Origin: a virus
Lineage: Duplodnaviria > Caudoviricetes
Virus record (IMG/VR): IMGVR_UViG_3300037755_000275
Coordinates: 1 to 61,617 of that record
Strand: one strand, 5' to 3'
DNA length: 61,617 nucleotides
Under the pieces are notes generated by a model. The model was not told where the DNA came from. It saw only the letters and a list, made by a program, of their open reading frames with translations, and made no database searches. Of this stretch, positions 1 through 9,639 are shown piece after piece. The stretch's first letter is position 1. Each line of letters begins with the position of its first letter. A program made the position numbers and the translations under genes.

Positions 1-127
1 CTGGACACGCCGTCGATGGAGATGGCCGTACCCATACCGATGAACTGTTGGGCCACGGTGTCCGTGTTGACAAACTGGCAGTAGAATCCACGGAACGCCC
101 CTACCTCCACCTGTTGGTCCGCCGCCG
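1..127. repeat. 127-bp direct repeat identical to 61491-61617 (circular contig overlap)
   Basis: ctggacacgc...gtccgccgccg is identical at both ends. An ORF reads through the junction. Confidence 0.97.
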
Positions 128-707
128 TCTTGAGCTGTTTGGGCCGCATGAACCTGGGCCGCGCCTGGACCAGCATGAAATGGTTGAACCCGTTAAATGA
201 GGAACACCCGCCGCCGATGGGGTACTGTGTCCCCTGGTTTGACACAGGGATGAGGATGTCAATACGTTCGCCGGGCAGTACCCAGCGGCCGTCCCCTTCA
301 CCGATCAACACGGTCTGGTAGTAGAGTTGGGTGATCCCCGGTGCGCCGTCCGCGCCCTGGAAACCGCGTTCTCCCTGTGGCCCGGTGATGGACTGGCCAG
401 GCTCCCCAGTTGGTCCTTGGATTCCAGGTATGCCTTGGATACCCTGTTCACCCTGGTAGCCACGTGGTCCCTGTGGCCCAACCGGACCAGTTGGCCCCGG
501 CGGCCCTGGAATCTGGACAATGGCCACGCAATCCCCAACATAGTCCCCATGCGCCAGATGCGCGGCGACAGAGGGGAGGGCCACGGAAATGGTCTGCTGA
601 TTCGGCCCTGGATTGTGACACAGATGGACGTTGGTGGCCTTGGCTTCCGAGACCATGGCCAGCATGAGAATTGGCAGTAGGTATGCCAGCCTGAAGTTAC
701 CAAACAT
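1..707 (-). CDS. Secreted collagen-like protein, 5' part (joins 61340-61490; 285 aa in total)
   Basis: Hand translation from ATG 707 (RBS AAGGAG). Signal peptide [24 protein letters not shown], then CHNPG...[12 protein letters not shown], then about 19 G-X-Y triplets ([21 protein letters not shown]...). No stop before the junction. Confidence 0.85.
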   Translation of the reverse strand, partial: MFGNFRLAYLLPILMLAMVSEAKATNVHLCHNPGPNQQTISVALPSVAAHLAHGDYVGDCVAIVQIPGPPGPTGPVGPQGPRGYQGEQGIQGIPGIQGPTGEPGQSITGPQGERGFQGADGAPGITQLYYQTVLIGEGDGRWVLPGERIDILIPVSNQGTQYPIGGGCSSFNGFNHFMLVQARPRFMRPKQLKTAADQQVEVGAFRGFYCQFVNTDTVAQQFIGMGTAISIDGVS

Positions 708-778
708 TGAATGCTCCTTCTATGGACGGGGGTTTGCCCCATGGGAAATGGTGTACCAGTAGATGTTGAGGTTCGCCC

Positions 779-949
779 TTAGGAACTGACTCCACGAAAT
801 TCAAACCTGGTAGCACCACCAGGCAACTTCTTCAGGGTTTGTGGTACTTGTTCTTCAGCCTCATCCAGACTATCAGCCAAAACCTCAACTGAATGGAAAT
901 CATTCTTTTCCAGGTCAAAGAATGCTAAAAAGTATGTGCTCAATTTCAA
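779..949 (-). CDS. Small hypothetical protein (56 aa)
   Basis: TTG start after GGGGGG. MKLSTYFLAFFDLEKNDFHSVEVLADSLDEAEEQV... fills the intergenic gap. Confidence 0.55.
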   Translation of the reverse strand: MKLSTYFLAFFDLEKNDFHSVEVLADSLDEAEEQVPQTLKKLPGGATRFEFRGVSS

Positions 950-975
950 ATCCCCCCTTTGTTTGATATGTCCTT

Positions 976-1344
976 TTAGTCCACGAACGATGGACCCACG
1001 CCGGGCAGATCCTCACCGCGATACATGGCGTCAGCGATGATCCGGCGCTCTATCTCGGTTAGGTCCACCTCAATGAGATCAGGGTGGATTGACCTGTGAG
1101 TGCCATCCGGGTCCAGGATAAAACCTTCCTTCCGTGCCTGTTCATACTGTTGATTCTTCCAATCCTCTATGCCACGGAAGGAACGCCCGGAACGCTGGAC
1201 TATTTCATCTAGTTCCAGGTAATGTTCGTGCTCCATGGCTTTGGTGGTGGCCAAGTCATGCAACCGGAATGCCTGCCAGTACCGGATAGCCTCAACCAAT
1301 AATGCCATAGTCAGCAGTCCGACGAACAATAACAGGTTAGTCAT
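976..1344 (-). CDS. Hypothetical protein with N-terminal TM helix
   Basis: MTNLLLFVGLLTMALLVEAIRYW, with GGAGG RBS. Confidence 0.65.
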   Translation of the reverse strand: MTNLLLFVGLLTMALLVEAIRYWQAFRLHDLATTKAMEHEHYLELDEIVQRSGRSFRGIEDWKNQQYEQARKEGFILDPDGTHRSIHPDLIEVDLTEIERRIIADAMYRGEDLPGVGPSFVD

Positions 1345-1555
1345 TGGTAGTTCCTCCAATTTGTAGTTCGTCCTTCCGGGCCTTCGCCGTACCTTTGACT
1401 TGCTGAGAAATGGCCCATTGTAGATCCCGCAGCTCACCCAGGAAACCTTCCACAGCCATGTAAGCATCGTGGTCCACGGCTTCGGTAACTTTGGCCTGCT
1501 GCTCCAGTTTTCGGCCTATACGCTTCATCTCTGACCGCAGAAACGTGACTCGCAT
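1337..1555 (-). CDS. Hypothetical protein, probably leaderless
   Basis: The ATG lies about 7 nt downstream of a -10 box and the ORF overlaps the next gene. Confidence 0.55.
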   Translation of the reverse strand: MRVTFLRSEMKRIGRKLEQQAKVTEAVDHDAYMAVEGFLGELRDLQWAISQQVKGTAKARKDELQIGGTTND

Positions 1556-1562
1556 GTCCCCA

Positions 1563-1592
1563 ACTATAATGCAAAATACCACGTAGTGTCAA
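1563..1592 (-). promoter_or_regulatory. Sigma70-type promoter
   Basis: TTGACA-18 nt-TATAGT on the minus strand. Confidence 0.65.
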
Positions 1593-1890
1593 TACCCAAT
1601 TCCATGATTAAAACACCGTAGGCCGTGTCCGTGAGCCATAGGGTGTGGCCGTAGTACCAAGGTTCTAAGGACGTGGCGGTCGATCCGTGGGCTAGTTCAA
1701 CGGATAGGCAAAGTAGGTGGTAATGGTGAAGACGCGACCGACAAGGGACATGGACAAGTAAAACGTGGGCGTGTGCTGGTGCGGCGGTGATGGGATGTAC
1801 CCATAGCGAATGGGGATCAGGCGCGGGATGGCGCGGTCCCAGGCCGTGGGAGCCTGGTCAGGTGTAGGGTTTGGTGTTGGGTCGGCCATG

Positions 1891-2376
1891 TCACTTCCAC
1901 CTGGTCCCGTGGGGCGTGTACTCCGGTATGGTGAGTTTCCGGCCCGGCGACCACTTCTCAAATTCCTGGGTCGCCTTGGTCCATTCGATGGTCCAGTCAT
2001 CGGGGACGGTGCGGAAATTACACCGGGAGCATTCGTCTATACAGGTGCCACAGCCGTAGATGATCTTGCGGGTGTGCTGGAAAGCATAGATGTGGGCTGG
2101 GTGGTGGTTGCTGGCCTGCATGGCCCCGGCCGTCTTGGCCAGGAAGGATTCCATGTGGGGTTGCTCACGGGGGTGGTCCCGGAAATTCTCGTCCCAGAAT
2201 TGGGGGTCTGAGGATTCGTAGTCACGGCCAAAGGTTTCCGTGAACAGGGACCGTAGATGGATCAGGTAGCGGGTAACCTTGTCCGGCAGATCCACCATGT
2301 AATAGGGAGTACGGCGGGTGCGCCGGGTGACGTTGATGCGGCGCGGGCGTCGGACGAAATCACTATGACTAGACAT
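1891..2376 (-). CDS. Hypothetical protein
   Basis: Operon-coupled ORF with a Cys cluster (GCGTCIDECSRC). Confidence 0.6.
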   Translation of the reverse strand: MSSHSDFVRRPRRINVTRRTRRTPYYMVDLPDKVTRYLIHLRSLFTETFGRDYESSDPQFWDENFRDHPREQPHMESFLAKTAGAMQASNHHPAHIYAFQHTRKIIYGCGTCIDECSRCNFRTVPDDWTIEWTKATQEFEKWSPGRKLTIPEYTPHGTRWK

Positions 2377-2560
2377 TAGACCCACCTATTACGGCTTGGG
2401 ATTCGACCAGCGGCCCACGGCGGTAGTTACCTTTACGGGCAATGGTCCTCCACCCTGGGGACAGGCACCGGGGGCAGACTTTGGGGTCATCTACCCGTGG
2501 ACGCCACTTGTGGCCGCAGCGGAGGCAATGGCAGTGGCCGGTATCTGTGGTGCTTGCCAT
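2369..2560 (-). CDS. Small Zn-ribbon protein
   Basis: CLRCGHKW...PKVCPRC (two CxxC pairs). Confidence 0.65.
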   Translation of the reverse strand: MASTTDTGHCHCLRCGHKWRPRVDDPKVCPRCLSPGWRTIARKGNYRRGPLVESQAVIGGSNV

Positions 2561-2624
2561 GGGAGCCAGTATAGCACAGGACCTATTGCTAGTGGTCCTA
2601 TTAACGGGGTACAATACCCATACT

Positions 2625-2879
2625 ATGCCTAGAGGGACCCGTAAGGCCATGGAAGGCCAACCGCTGCGCCTGTGCCAGTTCCCACGATGCAGGAAAGGTG
2701 CTGGGGAACGCCGTTGGTTTGCACCCAAGACCCCGGAGCATGTCTACTGTTCAGAAAGCTGCAAAGTACAGCATTGCTGGGACCGGGCATTGAAGAAGAA
2801 GGAACAGGAAATTGAGAGGCGGGTCCGGCGTGAGGCTGCCAGGCAATTGCTACGGGGTGGGGGCAGCCCCCGTAAGTAG
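2625..2879 (+). CDS. Small Zn-finger protein, divergently transcribed
   Basis: CQFPRC...YCSESC. TTGCTA-18-TACAAT lies upstream at 2586-2615. Confidence 0.55.
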   Translation: MPRGTRKAMEGQPLRLCQFPRCRKGAGERRWFAPKTPEHVYCSESCKVQHCWDRALKKKEQEIERRVRREAARQLLRGGGSPRK

Positions 2880-2907
2880 AGCCACCCCCTGCGTCCACGG
2901 CAAAGGA

Positions 2908-3351
2908 TCAGGCGTCCTTGACCGCAAGCTGACCCAGCACGACGGCCGTAGCCAATTGCTTGGGGTTGCCGGGGTCATCATAGGCAAACCCGGCCTGGGA
3001 CTTGCCGGTGCCCTTGTGGCGGAAGGCCAAGTACTGCGGCTGGCCACGGTCGGACAGTCCCTTGTGGTGCTCCTCAAAGGCCGTGTAGTTGAAATCAGAC
3101 AGTTGGACGTTCTCACGGATACGGAAGCTGCCACGGAAGGAAGGGCCATGGTTGGCAATGTCAATAGCCTTATTCAGCTCATCCTGTTTGGCCACCGGGA
3201 CCGGATAGAGGACAAAGGCGGAATTGGCACCGCCCGCACCGTCCATGTCGGCAAGGTCCGCGATGGTGATATCCGGCTGGTGGGGCTGAGGCGGTTGGGG
3301 TTCCTCGGCCTGTTGGGCCACTGGTTGTGGCATAGTCTTTCTCTTACTCAT
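2908..3351 (-). CDS. Hypothetical protein
   Basis: 147-aa ORF with AAGGAG RBS. Confidence 0.65.
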   Translation of the reverse strand: MSKRKTMPQPVAQQAEEPQPPQPHQPDITIADLADMDGAGGANSAFVLYPVPVAKQDELNKAIDIANHGPSFRGSFRIRENVQLSDFNYTAFEEHHKGLSDRGQPQYLAFRHKGTGKSQAGFAYDDPGNPKQLATAVVLGQLAVKDA

Positions 3352-3452
3352 TCATTTCTCCTTAAGGATTGGTCTGTGGTCTATAGTCCACGGACAGTCA
3401 CGTGACTGGTTCAATTGTAGCCATAGGGTGATGGGTAGCGCAACCCACTTTT

Positions 3453-3674
3453 TCACAGTAACCGGAACGTCTTGCCTTGTTTCTTAATAGGGGCACAGGC
3501 CCAGCAATGACCATCCCTGCCGTGGTGGGAACAATAGTGATCCTGGCACTCACAGCACTGCCCCATTGCGGGAGATCCACACCTCCAACGGTCACAGGTC
3601 AAGACAGTCTCAATCGGAGTCGGAGTACCTAGAATCTGTGCCTCTTCCTCTTGACCGATTTCTGAATATTTCAT
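3453..3674 (-). CDS. Cys/His-rich Zn-binding protein
   Basis: CDRWRC...CCECQDHYCSHH...HCWAC. Confidence 0.55.
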   Translation of the reverse strand: MKYSEIGQEEEAQILGTPTPIETVLTCDRWRCGSPAMGQCCECQDHYCSHHGRDGHCWACAPIKKQGKTFRLL

Positions 3675-3685
3675 TAGTCCCCCAC

Positions 3686-4033
3686 CTACTTTTTCACTCC
3701 AGCAATCAAGTGGATCTTGTCCCGTAGTGCATTGACACAGGCTGCTTTTTCTGGATCGCCGCCACGGTCGGGGTGGTACTTCTTGATGGCCTCACGGAAA
3801 CCGAGTTCCACAATCTCCATGTAGAGCTGGTTTTCTTCCACAGTGAGCGGTTGGACTGGTTGGATGTCCTGAGGTGGGGCGTCCTGTGGTCCGTGCCCAT
3901 GGTGCTTCTGGTGATACTGGCCCTGGTCCTGTGCTGCTTGAAACTGCTCATAGGCACCGTCGAACAGGTCAGCCATGTCAGCAATGATCTCGTCAAACAG
4001 GCTTTTTCGTCGGCGTCTGGATTTTCTAGCCAA
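3686..4033 (-). CDS. J-domain (DnaJ-like) protein
   Basis: C-terminal FREAIKKYHPDRGGDPEKAACVN contains the HPD motif. Confidence 0.75.
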   Translation of the reverse strand: MARKSRRRRKSLFDEIIADMADLFDGAYEQFQAAQDQGQYHQKHHGHGPQDAPPQDIQPVQPLTVEENQLYMEIVELGFREAIKKYHPDRGGDPEKAACVNALRDKIHLIAGVKK

Positions 4034-4298
4034 ACCTTACTCCTTGCTCCACAGCGTATACATAGCATTTCTGCATCTCTTGTACACCATGCAGGAGTGC
4101 CTCTAGCATCTTGGTTTGTGGCTCAGTCAGCATCACACAGGTAATATCCCAATGCCCACCCTTTGGCAAAGGTATGCGCCCGATATTGAACAAGTGGGCC
4201 GCCTTGTCAGAACCACCACCTGATAGTACAGCACGGAGGGCAATTCGTAGATCCGGCTTAGCCCTATCAATCAATTCATCCAATTGTGTGTCTGTCAT
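4026..4298 (-). CDS. Hypothetical protein
   Basis: Coupled ORF within the operon. Confidence 0.55.
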   Translation of the reverse strand: MTDTQLDELIDRAKPDLRIALRAVLSGGGSDKAAHLFNIGRIPLPKGGHWDITCVMLTEPQTKMLEALLHGVQEMQKCYVYAVEQGVRFG

Positions 4299-4669
4299 CT
4301 GTCTATCTCCAATCGTGGGACCACCCGTACCGTGACCCCAGCCCTTCTCATTTGCTTTACCATGTCCGCTGTACCCGGCGTGATAGGCTGACCCGAGTAC
4401 CGGAATGCAAACCCCAGATCCGGTTTACCTTCCTTCAACAACTGACTGTTGCGAATAGGCCCGGCGCTCCTGCCATGTTTCCTCCACCGGGCCACCACAG
4501 GGTATACAGGAATGCCATGGGAGTTGGCCCACTCGCAGGATATGGCGTCCACGCCGTCAGCCACGCCGGATATCAGCACCTTGATCTTTGGCAGCACGAG
4601 GCAGTCCAGCACATCGTAGATGTACTCTTCATCGGTCCAGTCACGGGGGCCACAAACCAAGATTCTCAT
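4295..4669 (-). CDS. YspA-like SLOG family protein (DUF2493-like)
   Basis: MRILVCGPRDW, ISGVADGVD, W..HGRSAGPIRN. Confidence 0.8.
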   Translation of the reverse strand: MRILVCGPRDWTDEEYIYDVLDCLVLPKIKVLISGVADGVDAISCEWANSHGIPVYPVVARWRKHGRSAGPIRNSQLLKEGKPDLGFAFRYSGQPITPGTADMVKQMRRAGVTVRVVPRLEIDR

Positions 4670-5055
4670 TCGTATAGCATCCCACCACAGTTTGAACAAA
4701 CGTCATCATAGCCAGTGCCCCGGCCGGAGAACCCAGAACCACGACACAAGTGGCATATCTCCTTTAATTCCCCCACCAGTTTTACCAACACGTCCCCGTG
4801 ACACGACTTGGGTTTACAGACACAGCCTAGTGTCTTGCCAACCAACTCGTGCAGATCACCCATCAGCTTTTCATTTCTACGAACCCACAGCTCGTAAAGG
4901 AATATGGAATCTGCCCGAGTCTTGACCTGCCACCGCGCCCTGGTTCTGTGTAACGGTAGGTGTGTATATGGGTTGCTCCACTTGGACGGGCGGCAGATAT
5001 CCACGTCATAGGGCTCTTTCTTTTTGTTGACTACCCTGGTTACTGGTTTGGTCAT
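4666..5055 (-). CDS. DUF4326-like protein
   Basis: YDVDICRPSKWSNPY...LVGKTLGCVCKPKSCHGDVL. Confidence 0.8.
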   Translation of the reverse strand: MTKPVTRVVNKKKEPYDVDICRPSKWSNPYTHLPLHRTRARWQVKTRADSIFLYELWVRRNEKLMGDLHELVGKTLGCVCKPKSCHGDVLVKLVGELKEICHLCRGSGFSGRGTGYDDVCSNCGGMLYE

Positions 5056-6497
5056 GCCGCCATGTCCTCCATGCTGCCCCAGCGTTCCCCCATATCTGCG
5101 CTGGCCTTAATGGGCACGTCCAACGGAACCTGTCCTTCCATAATCGGCTTGCACACCCCCAGTGTCCAGTCGGTGGCCACCTGTTCCCCCTTGCATTCAA
5201 ACATCAGCTCATCGTGGATCTGCAACAATGGTCGGACTACTTCCCCGTCTCTATGTGCCACCTCCCGCCTACCACGTGTAACGGCCACGGTCTTTTTATG
5301 ATTAAAACTGGAGCGGCGGTCCTCGATTTCTGCCATGGCCAGTTTGAGAATATCCTGGGCACTACCCTGGACGGGCTGGTTGGCACCTTCGCGGAAACCA
5401 GCACTACGGACCCAGGATAGTGTGGACTTGCCCTGGGGGATGAGGCGGTGGCGGCCAAACATGGTCCAGACACAGCCATGGCGGCGGACGCGAAGGTCTT
5501 GAAGGTTCTGCCAGTCAGCAATGTAGGGGCGGGCGGCGTAGAAGCCCTTGATGAGTTTGCCACAGCGTGAGGTGGACCAGACTTCATAGGTGGGGATGCC
5601 ATCCACGGAATAGATGTCGTCCACGGCGTAGGATTCGATGATGGTGGTTTGGAGGCCATCGGGGCCAATGCGGTAGGCAACACCGAAACCGATGTTTTTG
5701 GATGGCAGACGGTATTTGAGTTTGCCTTCCGGGGTGTTGACTACTTCAGGGGTAAGGCCGAAGACGCTGCACGCGGTCTGGGTGTGCATGTCCCAGCCAG
5801 GGGTGTGGTAGCCGGTGACCATGGATGGTTCACCGGACAGGTGGGCCAGTACACGCATTTCGATCTGGGACAGGTCGATAGCGGACAAGACCCAGCCCTG
5901 TTCGGCTATGAAGGCTTTACGGATCTCACGGCCCAGGGCGGATTTCTTGGGCAAGTTCTGGAGGTTGGGGTCCTCAGAGGCTAGACGGCCCGTGGTGGTC
6001 GTGGTGGCCTTGAACCGGGTATGGATACGCTGGTTGGCGTCCATGACGCGGGGCAGGGTATCGGCGTAGGTGTTTTTGATCTTGGCGTATTCGCGCCACT
6101 TGAGAATGATGGGGACCACGGGATGGGCGGTCCAGTAACGTTGCAGGACTTCGGAGCCAGTGGCTTCCCAGGATTGGGAGTCGGTGAGCTTGACGGGTTT
6201 GTTGCCCTGGATACGGAGTTTGTGGAAAAGCAGGTCAGCAACGTGTTTGGGGGAGGAGATATTGAAGTTGTAGCCAGGGGGGAGCTGGTCGGCTACCTCG
6301 ATTTCCTTTTCGTCCATTAGGATACGGAGCCGGATGGATAGCTTGCGGAGGTGGGCGGTGTCCACGCGGATTCCGTGGGAGTGCATGGCATCAATCATGG
6401 GGAGAGCACCCATGTCGATACGGCGGACGTTTGATGGAGAGGGGCGGTCCACGAGACGGACGCCGTTGTAGAGTCTAGCCATTATTTTCAAGGTCAA
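5052..6497 (-). CDS. polA: Family A DNA polymerase, polymerase domain (split enzyme)
   Basis: TTTGRLASEDPNLQNLP; motif A DLSQIEMR; motif B KNIGFGVAY (Phe762 equivalent retained); NQPVQGSAQD; motif C QIHDEL. Confidence 0.95.
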   Translation of the reverse strand: MTLKIMARLYNGVRLVDRPSPSNVRRIDMGALPMIDAMHSHGIRVDTAHLRKLSIRLRILMDEKEIEVADQLPPGYNFNISSPKHVADLLFHKLRIQGNKPVKLTDSQSWEATGSEVLQRYWTAHPVVPIILKWREYAKIKNTYADTLPRVMDANQRIHTRFKATTTTTGRLASEDPNLQNLPKKSALGREIRKAFIAEQGWVLSAIDLSQIEMRVLAHLSGEPSMVTGYHTPGWDMHTQTACSVFGLTPEVVNTPEGKLKYRLPSKNIGFGVAYRIGPDGLQTTIIESYAVDDIYSVDGIPTYEVWSTSRCGKLIKGFYAARPYIADWQNLQDLRVRRHGCVWTMFGRHRLIPQGKSTLSWVRSAGFREGANQPVQGSAQDILKLAMAEIEDRRSSFNHKKTVAVTRGRREVAHRDGEVVRPLLQIHDELMFECKGEQVATDWTLGVCKPIMEGQVPLDVPIKASADMGERWGSMEDMAA

Positions 6498-6869
6498 TCA
6501 ACTCGTAGCTGATGATATCAATGGCTTCCAGCAGCAGTTGGTTGACTTTGTGTTGGTTGGTTTTCTGGTCATCTATCTGGCTACGTAGCTCAATTTTTAT
6601 ATCCTGTAGGCGCATGAAGTCTTCAAGGCTCATGTTTCTGACTCCCCCTCATATGTATCCGTCCCTGGGTCACCCAACCGTGTACCATCGTCTATCCGGC
6701 TGACGATCTCCTCCAGGAGTTTGAATATTTCCTCAAATAGCTCAGCAGTGATTTCTTCCCGCCGTCGTGCTAGTACTCTGCTGCCCATACGATCTGATTC
6801 CACACGGACCTTTAGGACGCCCAGTTGACCTTCCACGCGGCCGAGCAGGTATGGCAAACTTTCCTTCAT
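6475..6869 (-). CDS. Two small helical hypothetical proteins (6630-6869 and 6475-6633) between the polymerase halves
   Basis: ATGA-coupled ORFs of 79 aa and 52 aa (MSLEDFMRLQDIKIELR...). Confidence 0.55.
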
Positions 6870-8215
6870 GATCGTGTCTCCCTTCTCAATACACCTAACA
6901 CCCTGGATATCACTGGCCTGATCCGTAGCGTGGCGTCAGCGTCCTGGCCCATATACCATACGGCCTGGTCCTTGGGCACGAACCGGATACTACGGTATGG
7001 GAACTTGCCTACGTGGTCCTCAGCAGCCCAGCGGTCCTCGTCTTCCCAGTTCATCCAGCGGTCCTGCGGGTCGGCAGTACCTTTGGCTGTAGATTCCCAA
7101 GCCGCTGCTGCCTTACGGCACAGTTTCCATTGACGCGGCTTCAGATACGGTTGTGGGATGTTGTGCTCCCTGGACAGTTCCAACAGATACCGGAGCTGCG
7201 GCCGCAGCGCGTGGGGCCGTACCACGTCGTCATAGTCGGACATGCGGATGCCCAGTTCGCGGAAGGCCAGTTGTTTGAGTCCCTGTGGCAGCCAGCCGGC
7301 GGTGTGGTAGGCGTCCCCCATGGTGTCACGGACACGAGACCAGTTGAGGTGCAGGTCCATGCGGCGCGTGACGGGCATGTCGTGGAGGCTGTTGTGCAGG
7401 TCAATGATCGGGTCCTTTTCCCGTATCCAGTCACCTAGCATTTGGATCAGGGGTGAGCCGACCATGAGGCTGTAACCTGTGCCCGGTCTGCCGGAGAAGG
7501 ACAGGCCATAGGGTGGGTCGGTGAAAGGCTGGAACGTGGGTCCCTGTACATCGGATTCAGTGTCAATGGAGATTTCCCAAGGGTCCAGGTTCCGTAACAC
7601 GCGGTCCATTTCCGTGCGGGTGGTTACTTCACAGTAGTTGGGGTGGGGGTATTGGTCCTTTACCCAGTGTTCTGTCTGTCCACTGAGCACGTACTTGAGA
7701 TTCGGAAAGTACCGCTGTAGGGTAATCAGCATTTTGCTGTCATGGATACCGGCGGCCGGGTGGTTGGTTGGGAACACTGGGCCTACCCAGTCATAGAGTT
7801 TGCCAATTGTCGGTATACAGTGCTGGGTTTCCAGGTGGATGGGACCGTGGCGCGTTGTAATCAGTGAACAAGCCACGGCACCCATGGGCACAATGATTTC
7901 CGGGTCAAATTCGGCCAGTTCACTGGGGAGGTGGAAGTCGGCACAGATTTTGGCTTCCTCAGGTTTGGGGTTACGGTAGCCACGGTCGGAACATTTGCGG
8001 GCATTGGTCACTCCCACGTCGTCACGGGACAGGCCACAGTGGGGCAGGTAGTAGTTGTCAAACTCCTGACCGGTGGAGCCGACGAATGGGATACCTTCGC
8101 GGTCCTCATTTTTGGCAGGGGCCTCACCTATGAACAGCACACGGCAAGGGCGCGGGCCGGATGGTGGGACAGGCTCACGGCCAGGGATATGAGGACAGTT
8201 TGGGCAACGGCGCAT
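6866..8215 (-). CDS. Family 4 uracil-DNA glycosylase fused to a 3'-5' exonuclease (N-terminal half of the split PolA)
   Basis: CPNC, LFIGEAP...GIPFVG and TNHPAA (UDG); IDTE, HNSLHD and YMGQDA (Exo I-III). Confidence 0.9.
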   Translation of the reverse strand: MRRCPNCPHIPGREPVPPSGPRPCRVLFIGEAPAKNEDREGIPFVGSTGQEFDNYYLPHCGLSRDDVGVTNARKCSDRGYRNPKPEEAKICADFHLPSELAEFDPEIIVPMGAVACSLITTRHGPIHLETQHCIPTIGKLYDWVGPVFPTNHPAAGIHDSKMLITLQRYFPNLKYVLSGQTEHWVKDQYPHPNYCEVTTRTEMDRVLRNLDPWEISIDTESDVQGPTFQPFTDPPYGLSFSGRPGTGYSLMVGSPLIQMLGDWIREKDPIIDLHNSLHDMPVTRRMDLHLNWSRVRDTMGDAYHTAGWLPQGLKQLAFRELGIRMSDYDDVVRPHALRPQLRYLLELSREHNIPQPYLKPRQWKLCRKAAAAWESTAKGTADPQDRWMNWEDEDRWAAEDHVGKFPYRSIRFVPKDQAVWYMGQDADATLRIRPVISRVLGVLRRETRS

Positions 8216-8485
8216 TTACAACTTACCAAATAACCTGTACTCATATAGGCCATTGAGTACGTATCTCCGGCCTATATAGTATTCTCCAAATCTCTTTTTT
8301 CGCAGGTTTCGCAACTGCGCCGATACAGAAGCGTGCGGTTCATGGATGGCATCAGATATTTCAGAAAGTGTATGCCACTTGTGGTCTTCCATGAAATCAC
8401 GGACCTTGTCTAACTGTGTCGTGAGTCTGGCTGCATCACGATCAAATACAAAATCGTCGCCATCAAATCTCTTGAGACGGCCCAT
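8216..8485 (-). CDS. Winged-helix DNA-binding protein
   Basis: WHTLSEISDAIHEPHASVSAQLRNLRK...GLYEYRL. Confidence 0.7.
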   Translation of the reverse strand: MGRLKRFDGDDFVFDRDAARLTTQLDKVRDFMEDHKWHTLSEISDAIHEPHASVSAQLRNLRKKRFGEYYIGRRYVLNGLYEYRLFGKL

Positions 8486-8492
8486 GGGACAG

Positions 8493-9278
8493 TTACACCT
8501 TCCAATGTTCCGGCTCCCAGCTACCGTCTTCCTTTTTGGTGAAGTCCTGGAAGATGGCCGGATACCGTGGGATGGCAATGTCGGCCAGCATCCCAATTAC
8601 TTTGCGGATCTCTTCCTCAGCCCCAGGGTCAGTCCGCAGGGTAATGACATGACGCAACTCCCGCATGTTGCAGGTCCAAATCATATTGGTGGCCAGGCCA
8701 AGGGGGGCCAGTCGGCGCATGGCGGATGTCTTGCGCTTTTTGTAGGCAAAACTTTGGTGTGCTTGTGGTTCCTCCAGACTCCTGTGGTCATCCAAGCCAA
8801 AGTTGATAGCTAGACCACGCTGCACTGCTTCCAGGTGAGTGACTGTGGAGTCAACAACATGTTTTGGAAGCTCGGCTGACTCAGCAAATGGAATGTCTTC
8901 CAGTCGCACGTACCGCAGACTCTCCTGACTGATGGCTGTACCTGCCCTATGCCTACACAGCTCATGCGTAAACACACGGCTCACGTTCAGGAACGCCCAA
9001 GTGGTGTTGACATGCTCCAGCACCGACCCATGTTTCTGGGCTAGGATATTGCCAATGTACCAGTGGTTGCCTTCCCGGACTTTGGTGACATTGGGGTTGA
9101 GTCCAGGTTTCCAGGAGCGGTAGCACATGCGGCCGGCTGCCTCAATCAGGGCCTCACCGTCGCTATGGGAGTTGGTCTGCCATTCGGGTGCCCCAACCTC
9201 CCCCAACAGTTCCGTGATGCCGGCAGCGGACAATCGTGTCTCTGCCAACAGGATCACTTTCGGCTGTACGATTTTCAT
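8493..9278 (-). CDS. thyX: Flavin-dependent thymidylate synthase
   Basis: HGSVLEH and VSRVFTHELCRHR...SQESLRY (ThyX motif). Confidence 0.95.
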   Translation of the reverse strand: MKIVQPKVILLAETRLSAAGITELLGEVGAPEWQTNSHSDGEALIEAAGRMCYRSWKPGLNPNVTKVREGNHWYIGNILAQKHGSVLEHVNTTWAFLNVSRVFTHELCRHRAGTAISQESLRYVRLEDIPFAESAELPKHVVDSTVTHLEAVQRGLAINFGLDDHRSLEEPQAHQSFAYKKRKTSAMRRLAPLGLATNMIWTCNMRELRHVITLRTDPGAEEEIRKVIGMLADIAIPRYPAIFQDFTKKEDGSWEPEHWKV

Positions 9279-9294
9279 GGTCCAATACTCCCCT

Positions 9295-9639
9295 TTAAGT
9301 GTTAATTGTCACTGCCGGTCCAGGTCCATACATCCTCTTGATACCGGCGCGGATGTCAGCATCCGGGTCAGGGGCTAATGGATTTGGTGGAACAATCTTG
9401 ATGACCGATTCCAGTTTTGAAATCTCACGGTCCAGGTACCACCGCGCCTTTTTCAGGTCTTCCAGGATCTTGGCCGTCCTGGGCTCGTCAGACTGCATGA
9501 AATGGTGCATGGACCGGCAGATGTACTTGACGGTGTTGCCGAGGCAGAAACTCAGGCCCCACGCCTCAATCACTTTGATGGCCTCGTAGGTCGTGTCACC
9601 GCCGTAGTGGGCGGGATGGTTTACTTTTTCATCAGCCAT
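9295..9639 (-). CDS. DUF3310 family protein
   Basis: VNHPAHY, EAIKVI, FCLGNTVKY, EDLKKARWYL. Confidence 0.85.
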   Translation of the reverse strand: MADEKVNHPAHYGGDTTYEAIKVIEAWGLSFCLGNTVKYICRSMHHFMQSDEPRTAKILEDLKKARWYLDREISKLESVIKIVPPNPLAPDPDADIRAGIKRMYGPGPAVTINT

